DNA of 63,914 bases, the filler included, from Ministeria vibrans ATCC 50519 (Eukaryota; Protista; Filasterea), in the NCBI GenBank assembly GCA_943704425.1. It is 11 parts of 11 records of this genome, joined end to end, with 100 filler letters (N's around TTAATTAATTAA, not from the genome) between each part and the next. Parts side by side here need not be neighbours in the genome. Positions count along the whole stretch, not along the records: positions 21,713 to 40,222 come from CALSCP010001265.1; 10 more parts are not named here. The stretch is one strand, 5' to 3'. Shown piece after piece: positions 25,734 to 37,070 of the stretch. The first letter of the stretch is position 1. Every line of letters begins with the position of its first letter. The position numbers and the translations under genes are program-made. The notes beneath the pieces were generated by a model, which saw only the letters and a list, made by a program, of their open reading frames with translations, was not told the origin of the DNA and ran no database searches.

Positions 25734-26135
25734 CTTTGTTTCTTTCTCCCTCCTCTCTCTCTATCACTTTGTTTCTTTCTTCCTCCTCTCTCCATTACTT
25801 TGTTTCTTTCTCCCTCCTTTCTCTCTCTATCACTTTGTTTCTTTCTCCCTCCTCTCTCTCTATCACTTTGTTTCTTTCTTCCTCCTCTCTCTATTACTTT
25901 TTTTCTTTCTCCCTCCTTTCTCTCTATATCACTTTGTTTCTTTCTCCCTCCTCTCTCTCTATCACTTTGTTTCTTTCTTCCTCCTCTCTCTATTACTTTG
26001 TTTCTTTCTCCCTCCTTTCTCTCTCTATCACTTTGTTTCTTTCTCCCTCCTTTCTCTCTCTATCACTTTGTTTCTTTCTCCCTCCTCTCTCTCTATCACT
26101 TTGTTTCTTTCCCCCTCCACTCTCTCTCTCTCTCT
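25652..26135 (+). repeat. (CT)n microsatellite followed by about 13 copies of the CT-rich minisatellite
   Basis: Tandem TATCACTTTGTTTCTTTCTCCCTCC / TATTACTTTGTTTC variants. Confidence 0.9.
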
Positions 26136-26184
26136 TCAAAAATAACTACTAATAATAACAAATTTCTCTCACCGTTTATTTCAG

Positions 26185-26424
26185 CTTGCAACCGGAGCAA
26201 CGTACTGTATGATTGAGGTGGCCATATTTTCACCCTCTTCCTCTGGAGGCACCCTCTTGACCATTGGCGGAGCCGACGCGATTGAACTCAGTCTCACCAA
26301 CCCACTCACAACGCATACCATTGTCAACAAACTCGATGGAGACTCGAGTATGGTGGTGGGAAGCACCGTTACCGACACTGTCACGACGTGCACTCTTTTG
26401 AGCACTCGATTCACATCTGCTTAA
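26185..26424 (+). CDS. Terminal exon of an unidentified gene
   Basis: TTTCAG acceptor, then open frame LATGATYCMIEVAIFS..STRFTSA*. Confidence 0.45.
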   Translation, partial: LATGATYCMIEVAIFSPSSSGGTLLTIGGADAIELSLTNPLTTHTIVNKLDGDSSMVVGSTVTDTVTTCTLLSTRFTSA

Positions 26425-26848
26425 GAGTGTCTCTCTTCCTTTTCCGTCCTGCGCGACCGGGAGCAATAAAAAAAAAACCACTGTTCTCCCCATGCGTAGT
26501 AGAACTCGCTTAAAATTAAAAGAAGGAAGGGAAGTCGAAGGGTTCGAGAATATAAGAAGTACAGGCGATCTGTTTGTGTCCTATTGGATGGGAGTCACCG
26601 TTTGTACTATCATCTGATTCTTACACTGATCCTTTTATTTGTTTTTTCATTTTTTTTTTGGTTTATTCGCGCTTTTTTTTTGTACATGTTAATAATTTTT
26701 TGGTGAGTGAGGATAAAAGGGAAATTCAAAATACAATCACACAACGAGAGAGCGAGGGAAAGGAAGGGAAAGGAAGCCAGTTAATCCTACAAAAAGATCA
26801 CACAAAAGGTTCAGAGGGGAAAAGTTTGATGTTTGCTTGACAAGTCAT

Positions 26849-28906
26849 TCATACCTTCTTTGCGAACAAAGCGGCAGCGTAACTGGGCTTTTTGTCTTCG
26901 GAAGAGGCAGTAGTGTCGACAGCAGCAGCAGCAGCAGCGGCGGCGGCAGAAGTAGAAGAAGTACTAGTCTTACTGGCCTTGTGTGCACCACCCTGCTTCT
27001 TGTTAGGGCCACCCTTGGGTGCGGCGGACGAGGACGCGGCAGGGGCGCTGGAGGCGACACCATTGGCCCGAGGTTGCTTTGGGGCAGCGGGTTTGGAGGG
27101 ACGCGAAACAATGTCCGACAGAAGAGGAACACCACTGCTGTTGGATCCGGGCACAGCCCATGTTCGTGTGCTTGGCGATGCGCCGGTCGCTGGTGCTGCA
27201 GTAGTGGGAGCAGGAGCACTGCTTGTCACAGGGGCAGCAACCGCTGGTGGCGGCGCAGTTGTTGTGGTTGTGATTGAAGCATCAGTGGTGGGCAAGCTTG
27301 AGGCGGACTTATCACCACCGGTTTTGTCAGGCGACGACGAATCATTGCGAGAAGTTGAGGTAGTGGAGGAGTCCTCGGTGTCAGTGGAGAATTTCTTGGC
27401 AGGCGCCGACGTTGCGGGTTTCTTGGCGATTTCAGAAAAGGGAACGCGAGGGGCCGACTCGTCGTCACGTCGTGTCTCGACGACCGACGTGGAGAGCGGA
27501 GGAAAATTTGCAGGAGTGAGTTGTTCCTGTTGCTGGCGATCGAGGTACTGTTGTTGCTGTGGTTGCTGACTGGCATCGCCGCCGCCACTATTTCCACCGC
27601 GTCCTTGCCCGCGAGCACCACCGCCGTTGCGGCCGTCGTAGTTGCGTTGGTCGCCCTGAGGACGCGGACGCACGCCGCGAGCGAGAAGACCCGCACGATC
27701 CGTGCGCACTGTACGCTTGCGTTGGCCACCCGGTGTACCATCGTCCATAAAGGTGAGGATGCGTGGGAGCGGAGTACCGCCATCGCTGGGAGCCTCGGGA
27801 CCGAATCCTTCGTCAGTCATACCGGCAGCGTTTGCATTCCCTCCACCACCACCACCAGCAGCGGTGTAGGGACCACGATGATTACCACCACCGCCGCGGC
27901 CACCAGGGCCAGCACGACCGCCACCACGAGGTCCACTACCACCACCTCCGTTGTAAGGAGCACCACCGTTGCCACCACTAGAACGACGGTACGCATTGGG
28001 CTGCAACGGCATGCCGTCGGGACCCACGGGCATGTACCACTGCTGACCATCCATGGGCATTTGCTCGGGGTAGTAGTAGAACATTTGTCCGTTCTGCTGG
28101 TACAGCGTCATGGGCGGCGCCATGTGCTGCTGTTGTTGCTGCATTTGTGGCTGTTGTACGGCAGAGCCATGATGACCACCGTGGTGTTGTGCAGGCATGG
28201 CGTGATGAGTGGGCACTGCCGAGTCACCGCCGGCGAGCGCTTCGCCGTTGGCAGTGGACGCGGCCGAGCTTGCAGCGTTGGCGTCTGCGGCGTTTGCGAC
28301 AGCAGCGGCGGCGGTGGCACCACCCGAAGGTGTGCGTGAGAGGTAAGCAGTGCGTGGGGCACTTCTCAGGATGGGTTCGGACTTGATACGTACGCGCACG
28401 GGCGCTCCGTTGATTTTCTTGGTTCGCATCTTGAAGAGTGACTCGGTGGCCGCATCGGCAGAGGCAAATGTGATGAACCACATGTTCTCGATGTCTTTGC
28501 GAATGTGCTTGGCCGGTTCGCTACCAGCGTCCGCCAAGAGTTTCTCAATGTCTTCCTCTGTAAAACGAAAAGAGACAAGCGGAGCGTGTCAGTCGGAAGA
28601 CAGAAAAAGGACCGCCCGTTGAAGACACCCACACCCACACACACAAAACAAGAGGCGCCATTCAACGACACAACGAAAAAGGAGTGCCAGTCAAGGACAC
28701 ACACGCGGCACCAGTCCACAAGACACAACACATGCGCAATACAAATTTTTTTTTTACCCGTGGTCGCGTCGGGGACTTCACGCATGATCATTGTGGAGCG
28801 CGTCGTGGTGCGCGTCATGGGACGCACTTTGGTGCAAGTAGTGTCGAGCTCGACAACATCGGACGTTTTCAGAACCGACACGATCAGGTCCATGTCTTCA
28901 GTGAGC
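26849..28906 (-). CDS. LARP4: La-related protein 4-like (end of La motif, RRM, low-complexity tail), 5' end missing
   Basis: LTEDMDLIVSVLKTS..KVRP, RSTMIMREVP, WFITFAS, VRVRIKS, LTPANFPPLS, KPSYAA. Confidence 0.8.
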
Positions 28907-28983
28907 TGTACACGAATAAAATACAAAAATGATCAGAGACGAGTGCGCGTCGAATCCATGTCAGAACGGTGGTGTGNNNNNNN

Positions 28984-31618
28984 TTGTTGGTCCCGTCACA
29001 ACTGCAACACCAATTGCCCTTGCTGAGACGACTGTGGCTGCTGATAAGCCTGCCGTTTCCCAACAACCCGCTCCCTCGTCTGCGGCCATTATTGCGCTCG
29101 AGACGACAGTTTCAATTCTCACGACAGTTCTGGAGCGTGTACAAACCACTGCTGCGGCACAGACGACCCTGGCTCCTGCTGCTGCTGCTGCCACGACCAA
29201 TGCCCTGGTGGATCCCTGTGCTTCCTCGCCATGTACCACCGGCGGCACATGTACGAGTGCAGTTACTTCTTTTACATGTGCCTGTCCTGCAGAACGAACG
29301 GGCGCACTGTGCGAGAGTGACATTGACGAGTGTGCTTCGTCTCCGTGCGCTTCTGGTGCGTCGTGTACCAGCAACGCCAATGGGTTTGTGTGTGTGTGTG
29401 GAGCAGGGACGACTGGCGCCGTGTGCTCCAATGACATTAATGAGTGTGCGTCGTTGCCCTGTCTGAATGGTGGCTCATGTGTCAATGGCAACAATGCTTA
29501 CGCATGTACGTGTGCGGCGGGCTTTACTGACAGCGAGTGTGCAACCAATATTGACGAGTGTGCTTCAACACCGTGTCTCAATGGTGCCACCTGCGTGGAT
29601 GCGATTGCAGCCTACAACTGCACGTGTGCACCGGGCTTTGGCGGCGCTCTGTGTTCCACGGATATTGACGAGTGTGCTTCGTCACCCTGTCAGAATGGTG
29701 CGAGCTGTGTCGATACGGTCAACGGTTTCTCGTGTGTGTGTGCCACCGGCTACACCAGTGGACTGTGTAACGTGGACATTGACGAGTGTTCGTCGACGCC
29801 GTGCCATAATGGCGGCACATGTGTGCAGTCTGTGGCCGCAAGTGCCTCGTTTACCTGCACCTGTGCGGCTGGCTACACTGGCACGACCTGTCTGACCGAT
29901 ATCGCCGAGTGCGCTTCAATGCCCTGTCTCAATGGCGCCACTTGTGTTGACGGCACGGCCGGCTACAGTTGTGTGTGCGCTGCGGGCTACACGGGCGACA
30001 TGTGCGGCAGCGACATGAATGAGTGCGTGTCGTTCCCGTGCTCCAACGGCGCCTCTTGCGTTGACGGTGCGGGCACCTTCTCTTGCATCTGTGCCTTGGG
30101 CTACACCGGTGCCGTGTGCGACGCAGTAACGCTCCAGTGTCCCTCAACGCCCTGTCTCAACGGCGCCACATGCTCCGAGGTGGTTCCTGCCGCCTTCACA
30201 TGTACGTGTGTACCGGGATTCACAGGCGTCCTCTGCGGAGTGAACATTGACGAGTGTGCCTCGAGCACTACCAACGCTTGCGATGCCACCTCGTCCATCT
30301 GCCTTGATCAAACTGGCACGTACGAGTGTGAGTGTATCTCTGGCTACTTTGGCACAACATCGCTGGGCACCGCCGCGGACTGTACTGAGTGCACTTCTGT
30401 GAGCGATTGCTTTCTCTCTGTCACCTGCACAGACCCCGCCACGTCGCAGTGCGCTCAGTGCTCGCTTGGCTTTTCTCTGATCGAGACGGGCCGTGCCGAT
30501 GTGTGCACAGCGAAGTCTCTGAGCGCCGCCCAGATTGCCCAGGAAGTCAAGTTTATTCTCAATGTGCTTCTGTCGCAAGTCATGGCTAACCTTGCGGCCT
30601 TTATTGATGTCCTTGTCTCGCTTGTGAACCAGTATATGACTGTCTTGGCGCAATCACGCCGTCGCATGACCTGGACTAATATCACGTCGTCCGACGTGGT
30701 CTCGAGCGGATCTTCGTCGTCCTCGGCGAACTTTGTCGTCAACACCGCCGGGAGTACCACTCCCGTGGCGGCGTCCAACGTCGCCGCGGCTGCCAACAGC
30801 AACCTGGGCGCCTTTGATAGCGCCACGGGCGTGCCCAACACAGTTGCAAGTGTCGCAGCGGTGCAGTCGTCGCCGGGCGGGCAGCAGTCCGGCGGCAGCG
30901 GCGTGTCACCCGTCATCATTGGCGCTGCTGCTGGAGGCATTGTCGTCATTCTGCTCATTATACTTTTCGTCATTGTCATTCGACGTCAACGCGCCTCCCG
31001 CACCGGCGCGCGCAAGATCACGCGCACCCGCTCAGACTCCTCTAAGCGCAGCACAGTGGTCAGTGGCATCAGCGGTGGTGGAAGCAAGAGCAGCATGTCA
31101 CTGGGGATGGGGATAGACAGTGGCACAGGTGGCATTGGCGGCTCCTGGGACGTCAGGCACGATGCACACGCCGAGAGTGACGACTCCGCCTACATCCCCA
31201 TGCAGTCTGTTATGCCTGCAGCTGCCTCTCAGCAGGTTCGCCTTACCACAGACCCCTCTTCTGTGTCCCTTCCCACCGACATGTTTGTCCATCCCGTCGA
31301 GCCCAGTCACGACTATGAAGAACTTGACGAGGTAACTAAAATTTACATGGGGTGTACTCTGATCAATTATTATTTTTTGTTCTATCGCTTTTTTTGTTTC
31401 CTTTTTCGTTCTCTCTCTCTCTTCTTCTCTGTTTTTGTTTGTGTTTGTGTTTTACAGGACATCTATGAGTATCGTCCGGGCACGGGTATTCCCAATTTGC
31501 CTACGATTGAGCCCGATCATAAGTACGACGACGCACGACCGCGTTCAGGAAACTACGCCGCCAGTAAGGATTAGGACAATGCAATTCAGAAGTTTGAAGA
31601 GTAAACCTCTTATATATA

Positions 31619-31712
<94 letters not shown>

Positions 31713-32077
31713 ATGTGTGTGTAGCCACGACGAGTTTGGTGCGGTACCAGAAGCAGGCGGCCATGCTGAATGGCGAAGAGAAGCGCTGGAAGAGCGAATT
31801 GAAGCGACGAGGAATCACTCCCGCTGAGCGCCAAAAGGCCCAAAGCAAGCTTCTTGAAATCCGTCGTGAAAAGGTGAAAAAGAAACTGAGTGTAAAAATT
31901 CTGTGATTTTGTTTTGACTCTCGCGTGCAATATTGTTAGGCTGATTTGGTACATCGGTTTGGAGCGGAAGGAGGACGGGGCAGTGGCGTCTACGACAAGC
32001 GGGCGCACGACATGACGCCTGAGGAGGTTGAGATCTCCATCCAGGCACTGTGTGGTGGAGGCTCAGACTTCATGTAG
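28984..32077 (+). CDS. Type I receptor: mucin-like stretch, 10 Notch-type EGF repeats, Cys-rich and SEA-like region, TM, tyrosine-motif tail; 5' end missing
   Basis: DIDECASSPC-type repeats; TM VIIGAAAGGIVVILLIILFVIVI-RRQR; phase-compatible introns 31332-31457, 31564-31724, 31874-31939. Confidence 0.85.
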
Positions 32078-32185
32078 AGTGAGACAGACAGTGTCTGTGG
32101 GCGTGTGCATTTGTATCATTATTAATTTTTCCCTTATTATCTTTATTGCTTCTCAGTTTGTACGTCGATCTCATTTTATTATTAT

Positions 32186-32222
<37 letters not shown>

Positions 32223-32348
32223 GTGTGTGCGTGTGTGTGTCTGTGTGTGGTTGGGTGGGTTGGTAATGGAGGAGGGAGGGGAGGGGAGTTGATGCGGCAT
32301 AGGCATTGACAGGCGCTGACATGGGTTTGTTCTCATTCATGACGCAGA

Positions 32349-33029
32349 TTCGTTTACGCCCTACGAAGAAATCCAAGAGACCATCTACATGACAGTGCCG
32401 CGAAGGCAGAAACGAATGCCGCCGTGCGACTGTGTCGGTAAGCAAGCCCAATAGTGGTGTGCTGTGTGTCGTTTCTCTGATGCATTGAGTGTAGAAGACG
32501 AAGCGTGCAATGACTCGAGCAACTGTTTCAATCGATCGGTAGGACAACAGGCCTTTGTGTAGTTTAATAATTATAACGACTGTAATGCTTGTGATGTCAC
32601 AACAGATGCGCGTGGAGTGCCGTGCGGGATCGTGTCGGTGCGGCGAGCTGTGCCAGAATCAACGACTTCAAAGATGCCAAGGGGCCGCTGTGAATGTGCA
32701 GCGGGCAGGCAAGAAAGGATGGGGGCTGTTTGCGACAGAGGCGGTGCGCGCCCATGCCTTTGTCATTGAGTATGTGGGTGAGCTGGTGGATCACAGAGCC
32801 TTTCAGCGTCGCGTCAAGCGATACCGCCGTGATGGCTATCCTCACCACTACTTTATGACATTGTCTCCGTCAGAGGTGAACAAGAGAAGTGCTTTGTTCA
32901 AATGAGCGCATGCATTAAAACCCTTGTTTTTCTTTCTTCTTGTTTTGCTTTTTGCGTGTTTAGGTGATTGATGCAACCAAAAAGGGGAGTCCGTCACGCT
33001 TCTTCAATCACAGGTTAAATAATAAAAAT

Positions 33030-33067
<38 letters not shown>

Positions 33068-35013
33068 TTATTATTTTTATGATTATTACTGTACTGAATG
33101 GGAATGTTTTTTTTTGGTTGTTTTTGTATGTACAGTTGTGACCCAAACTGCGTGACGCAAAAGTGGATTGTGGGCGAAGTGGAACGAGTGGGGTTCTTTG
33201 CGCTGCGGGACATTGCCGTAGGAGAAGAACTCACCTTTGACTATCAGATGCAGACTTATGGGTATGGGAGTGACATGGAGTGGAGTGAATGAATGAATGA
33301 GACACATTATCTCTTTTCTTTCTCTTTTTTTTTAGGAGACTTGCCCAGGCGTGTTTTTGTGGAGCGGCCAACTGTCGTGAGGTGATTGGGGGATCACGAG
33401 TGCGTGTGGGTGGGGAGGAACGAGTGAATGGGGGAGGAGGAGGAGAAGGAGAAGGAGAGGATGGCGATGAAGGAGAAGAGGGCGAGGAGGCGATTGAGGC
33501 GGAGGAGGCGGAAGAGGAAGCTGATGAGGATGTGGATGTGCCTGAGATTGTGTATGATGTGCGGACCATGTTTGATGCGGGCAAGCGCAAGTCGTCGTCG
33601 TCGTCGTCTGTGTCACAGCATCAGCGCAAGAAGAAGAAGACGTTTGAACAGGAGGTGGAGAAGATGAAACGACGAGTCATGTCGGCAGTGAGCAAATCGT
33701 CCACTGAGAGCGACGGAACTGCACGTCTGGACGATGTTCTCACGACAATCATTCGCGATATGGTGATGCTTGAGGTGGGCAGCGACGAGCAAGTGGGGGC
33801 AGCCGCGTCATCGTCGTCTCCAGGAGGGCATGAGATGGGGGGCGATGCGGCACTGTGGGAGTCGGAGCGGCGTCGCGGGATGCTTTTGGGGATGCTTGAG
33901 AGTTTTGAAGAGTCGCTGCTGCGTGCTTTTGTGATTCGTGGTGTACTGCAACCATTGCGGTTTTGGCTGCTGGAAGCTGTTGGTGCGCGTCGCATGGCAT
34001 TTGTCGGACGTCTCCTCTCTGTGCTCGAGCGTTTGCCAGTGCACACGCGCAATATTGTGGACGACAGCAAGATTTTGCGTGCTGTCAAGCAGGCGGGTGA
34101 CAAGGTGGACGGCATGCGCTCCCTTGTGGACACGCTCACCGACAAGTGGGCCAAACTGCCCTCCGAGTTTCGCATTCGTCGTCAATCGCGACCCTCACAG
34201 TCTTCCGCTACTCCCCCCAGCCACAGCAACAGCAATATTAGCACCACCACCAACTCCACCACCACCACCACCAACAACAACAACAGCAGCAGTAGCAGTA
34301 GCAGCAGCGTTGCATCATCCAAACGCCGCGCTGACTTTGACTTATCTTCATCCTGGCGCAGCGCTTCTCGCCCTCGTCTCGACTCCTCGAACAGCTCCGA
34401 CTACCGAACCCCACCACGCCCCTTAGCAACACGGGCATCATCACCCCCCCTTTCCTCCTCTTTCCCCACCACCCCCGCCATTTCTGCGAGTGCCCCAGCC
34501 ACGCCACAGCGGCCTTCACTCTCGTTTCCTCTTGTTGAGGTCGCCGACGACGAAGCAGCCCTTTCTTTGGTTCCCTTTGGCTGGTCTCTTATGCAGGACC
34601 AAAAGGGCGTCAGAATATACCGAGACAAGGTAAGACGACTACATGTGCTACTGACGATGACGACGACGACGATGATGCTGATGATGATGATGATGATGTT
34701 TTATGCAAAGGTGTCGAGTGCTCTGACGTTTGAGCGACCCCCGCCTTCTGTAAATCTGGCAGACAAGCCAGTGCAGCTCAATGTCGTACGTTTGACACCT
34801 ACTTATGATCCACTTGGGACTCACGCGCACATATTTTGGAAATAGGAACGATCGGGAGCAGAGGCGGAAGAGGCGCGAGAGCGGCAAAGGCGCATTGAGG
34901 CGGCTGCACAGGAGTTGCTGGAACGACAGCGGCGTGAGAGGGAGGCCAATAGTGGCAAACTTGAAGGAGAGACAGAGTTCAAAGAGAAGGTACGCGATTG
35001 AGCCGATGCGCGA

Positions 35014-35090
<77 letters not shown>

Positions 35091-35472
35091 AGTGAGTGAT
35101 TGTGATTGTGTGTCTCTGTGCGAGTGAGTGATTGGGTGTGTGTTTGTGTTTAGTTGGCGAGTGCTGTGATGCGGAAGCTCAAGGTATTCCAGAGCGACTC
35201 GTGTACGCTGGGTCGTATCACGTCTAAGGATGACTTTAAGCACCTCTGTCGAAAGGTAATGACTGTGCCCATAGTGTGTGTGTGTGTGTGTGTGTGTGTT
35301 TTTTTTTTTTTTTGAGTTTCTTTCTCTGCTTAGATTGTGCATCTGGTTATGGAGAAGGAACGACGTGGAGTGCAGTCGCTGTCATTTACTAAGAAGACCG
35401 ACCGATATCAAGGTGGACAAGTTTATTGCAGCCTACATGGAGAAGATGGGCCCCATCTATGTGCGCAAATGA
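32349..35472 (+). CDS. SETD2: H3K36 methyltransferase Set2/SETD2 (AWS, SET, post-SET, WW-like, SRI), multi-exon; start unresolved
   Basis: CQNQRLQ, KKGWGL, FVIEYVGE, HHYFMTL, IDATKKG..RFFNHSCDPNC, GEELTFDY, CFCGAANC, GRITSKDDFKHLCRK. Confidence 0.92.
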
Positions 35473-35624
35473 GAGATGCAGTGAGTGAGTGAGTGGGAGA
35501 GAGAGAGAAAGAGAGAGAGAGTGTGTGAGTGAGTAAAATGAGTACGTTAAAAAATACTTAAAAGTTTGCTGTTTGGGTCAGTTCATTGATCATTCATTTA
35601 TTCCACAGTCGTGCTCTATTTTGA

Positions 35625-36429
35625 ATGTCTGGCGACGAAGAGGACGATCTACTGACGGTGGTGCGTGTGGGCGAGTTGGATGAAGTGAAAGAGATTCTGG
35701 CGACGGGTCGACAAGACATCTGCCAGGTGAACGAGCGCGGTGCCTCGGCACTCCACTATGCTGCCGCCAACGGCAACGGACGTACGCCACGAAGCAAGCG
35801 CAAGTGCATCGTTTGCTCATTTTGCTCCCTATGCAGCGATTTTGCACGTTTTGCTGCAGTCTTGGCCAGCCGACAAGCTGGACATCACCAACGAGTCGGG
35901 TAACACGGCACTGCACTGGGCGTGTCTTAATGGGCGCAAAGACTGCGTGCGTTTGCTGTGCGAAGCGGGCTGTTCGACCGAAGTCAAAAACGATCAGGGA
36001 CGCACGCCAATGTACGACGCCATGAACCACGCTGATCCAGAGGTGCGGTGAGTCGTGTGCGTGTGCTTAGTGTGTGTGCTTAGTGTGTGTGTGTGCTTAG
36101 TGTGTGTGCTTAGTGTGTGTGTGCTTAGTGTGTGTGTGTGCTTAGTGTGTGGTGTATTTGTATAAGGATGTGTGTATGTGTGCTTAGTGTGTGCGCTTCG
36201 TGTGTGTAGTGTGTGTATTTGTAAAGGATGTGTGTGGATGTGTGCTTAGTGTGTGTTTAGTGTGTCTGTGTGTGGATGTGTGCTTTGTGGTGTTTAAGTG
36301 TGTGTGCTTAAGTGTGTGGTATTGACTTGTATTCAATAGGTCGCGAGTGTGCTGCTTAAGTACTGTAAGGAGGGTGAGACCTTTCAGTGCGATGGAGCGG
36401 ATGAAAATTCAGAGGGAATCGCAGAGTGA
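35625..36429 (+). CDS. Small ankyrin-repeat protein (Yar1-like), three exons
   Basis: GASALHYAAANG, NESGNTALHWACLNGRKDCVRLLCEAG, KNDQGRTPMYDA. Confidence 0.8.
36055..36320 (+). repeat. Intronic (GT)n-GCTTA minisatellite; also at about 51315-51402
   Basis: Tandem GTGTGTGCTTA units on two different contigs. Confidence 0.85.
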
Positions 36430-36753
36430 GCTTTTTTTCTCTCCATTTGGGGACATTTTTGTCTAATACTCACTCATAGTCTCATTATGACTCTATGTCG
36501 AAAGCATTTTGCTATTCTTTCTTTTATTGTATTTTGTCACCTGTTCGCAGTACAGCTCACTCTACTCTCAATTCATTTACCCTCGTTTTGATTATTATAA
36601 TTAATATGTTTTCTTTATACATACACACTACACCAACCCATATTAGTCTGTTGCGACTTTGAGCACGAGCCGGTGTGGGTTGAAGGCTTGGGCCTTGCGG
36701 GATGTTTGTGACCGCATTATTGCTATGCTATTGTGTCGGGAAGATTGTAGTTG

Positions 36754-37016
36754 CTACGATTGAAACAGTGGCACTTTGCGACGACTCATTCCGACCTAAA
36801 CACAACAAAATCAACACTTATCTCATTCTCCTGTTTTTACGTGTTCAAGAGCCGTATTGAGATGTGTACTGGTCACTTGAGCACAATTCAATCGTTCCCC
36901 CAAACTCGAATCTATACATAGAATAAGAAATAAGAGAAATAGAAAGAAACAAAGTGAGAGAGAAACAAAGTGGGAAAGACACAAAGTGTGAGAAAGAAAC
37001 AAAGTGACAAAATAAG

Positions 37017-37070
<54 letters not shown>

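Noticed and set aside
25725-26110. CRISPR-like array
   Set aside because: No unique spacers, low complexity, eukaryotic intron context and no cas genes
24557-26216. Long ORFs of 373-542 aa
   Set aside because: Made of N-gap and (CT)n translation
28984-32077. True Notch orthologue
   Set aside because: No LNR, RAM or ankyrin repeats; the ankyrin gene at 35625 is a separate Yar1-like gene
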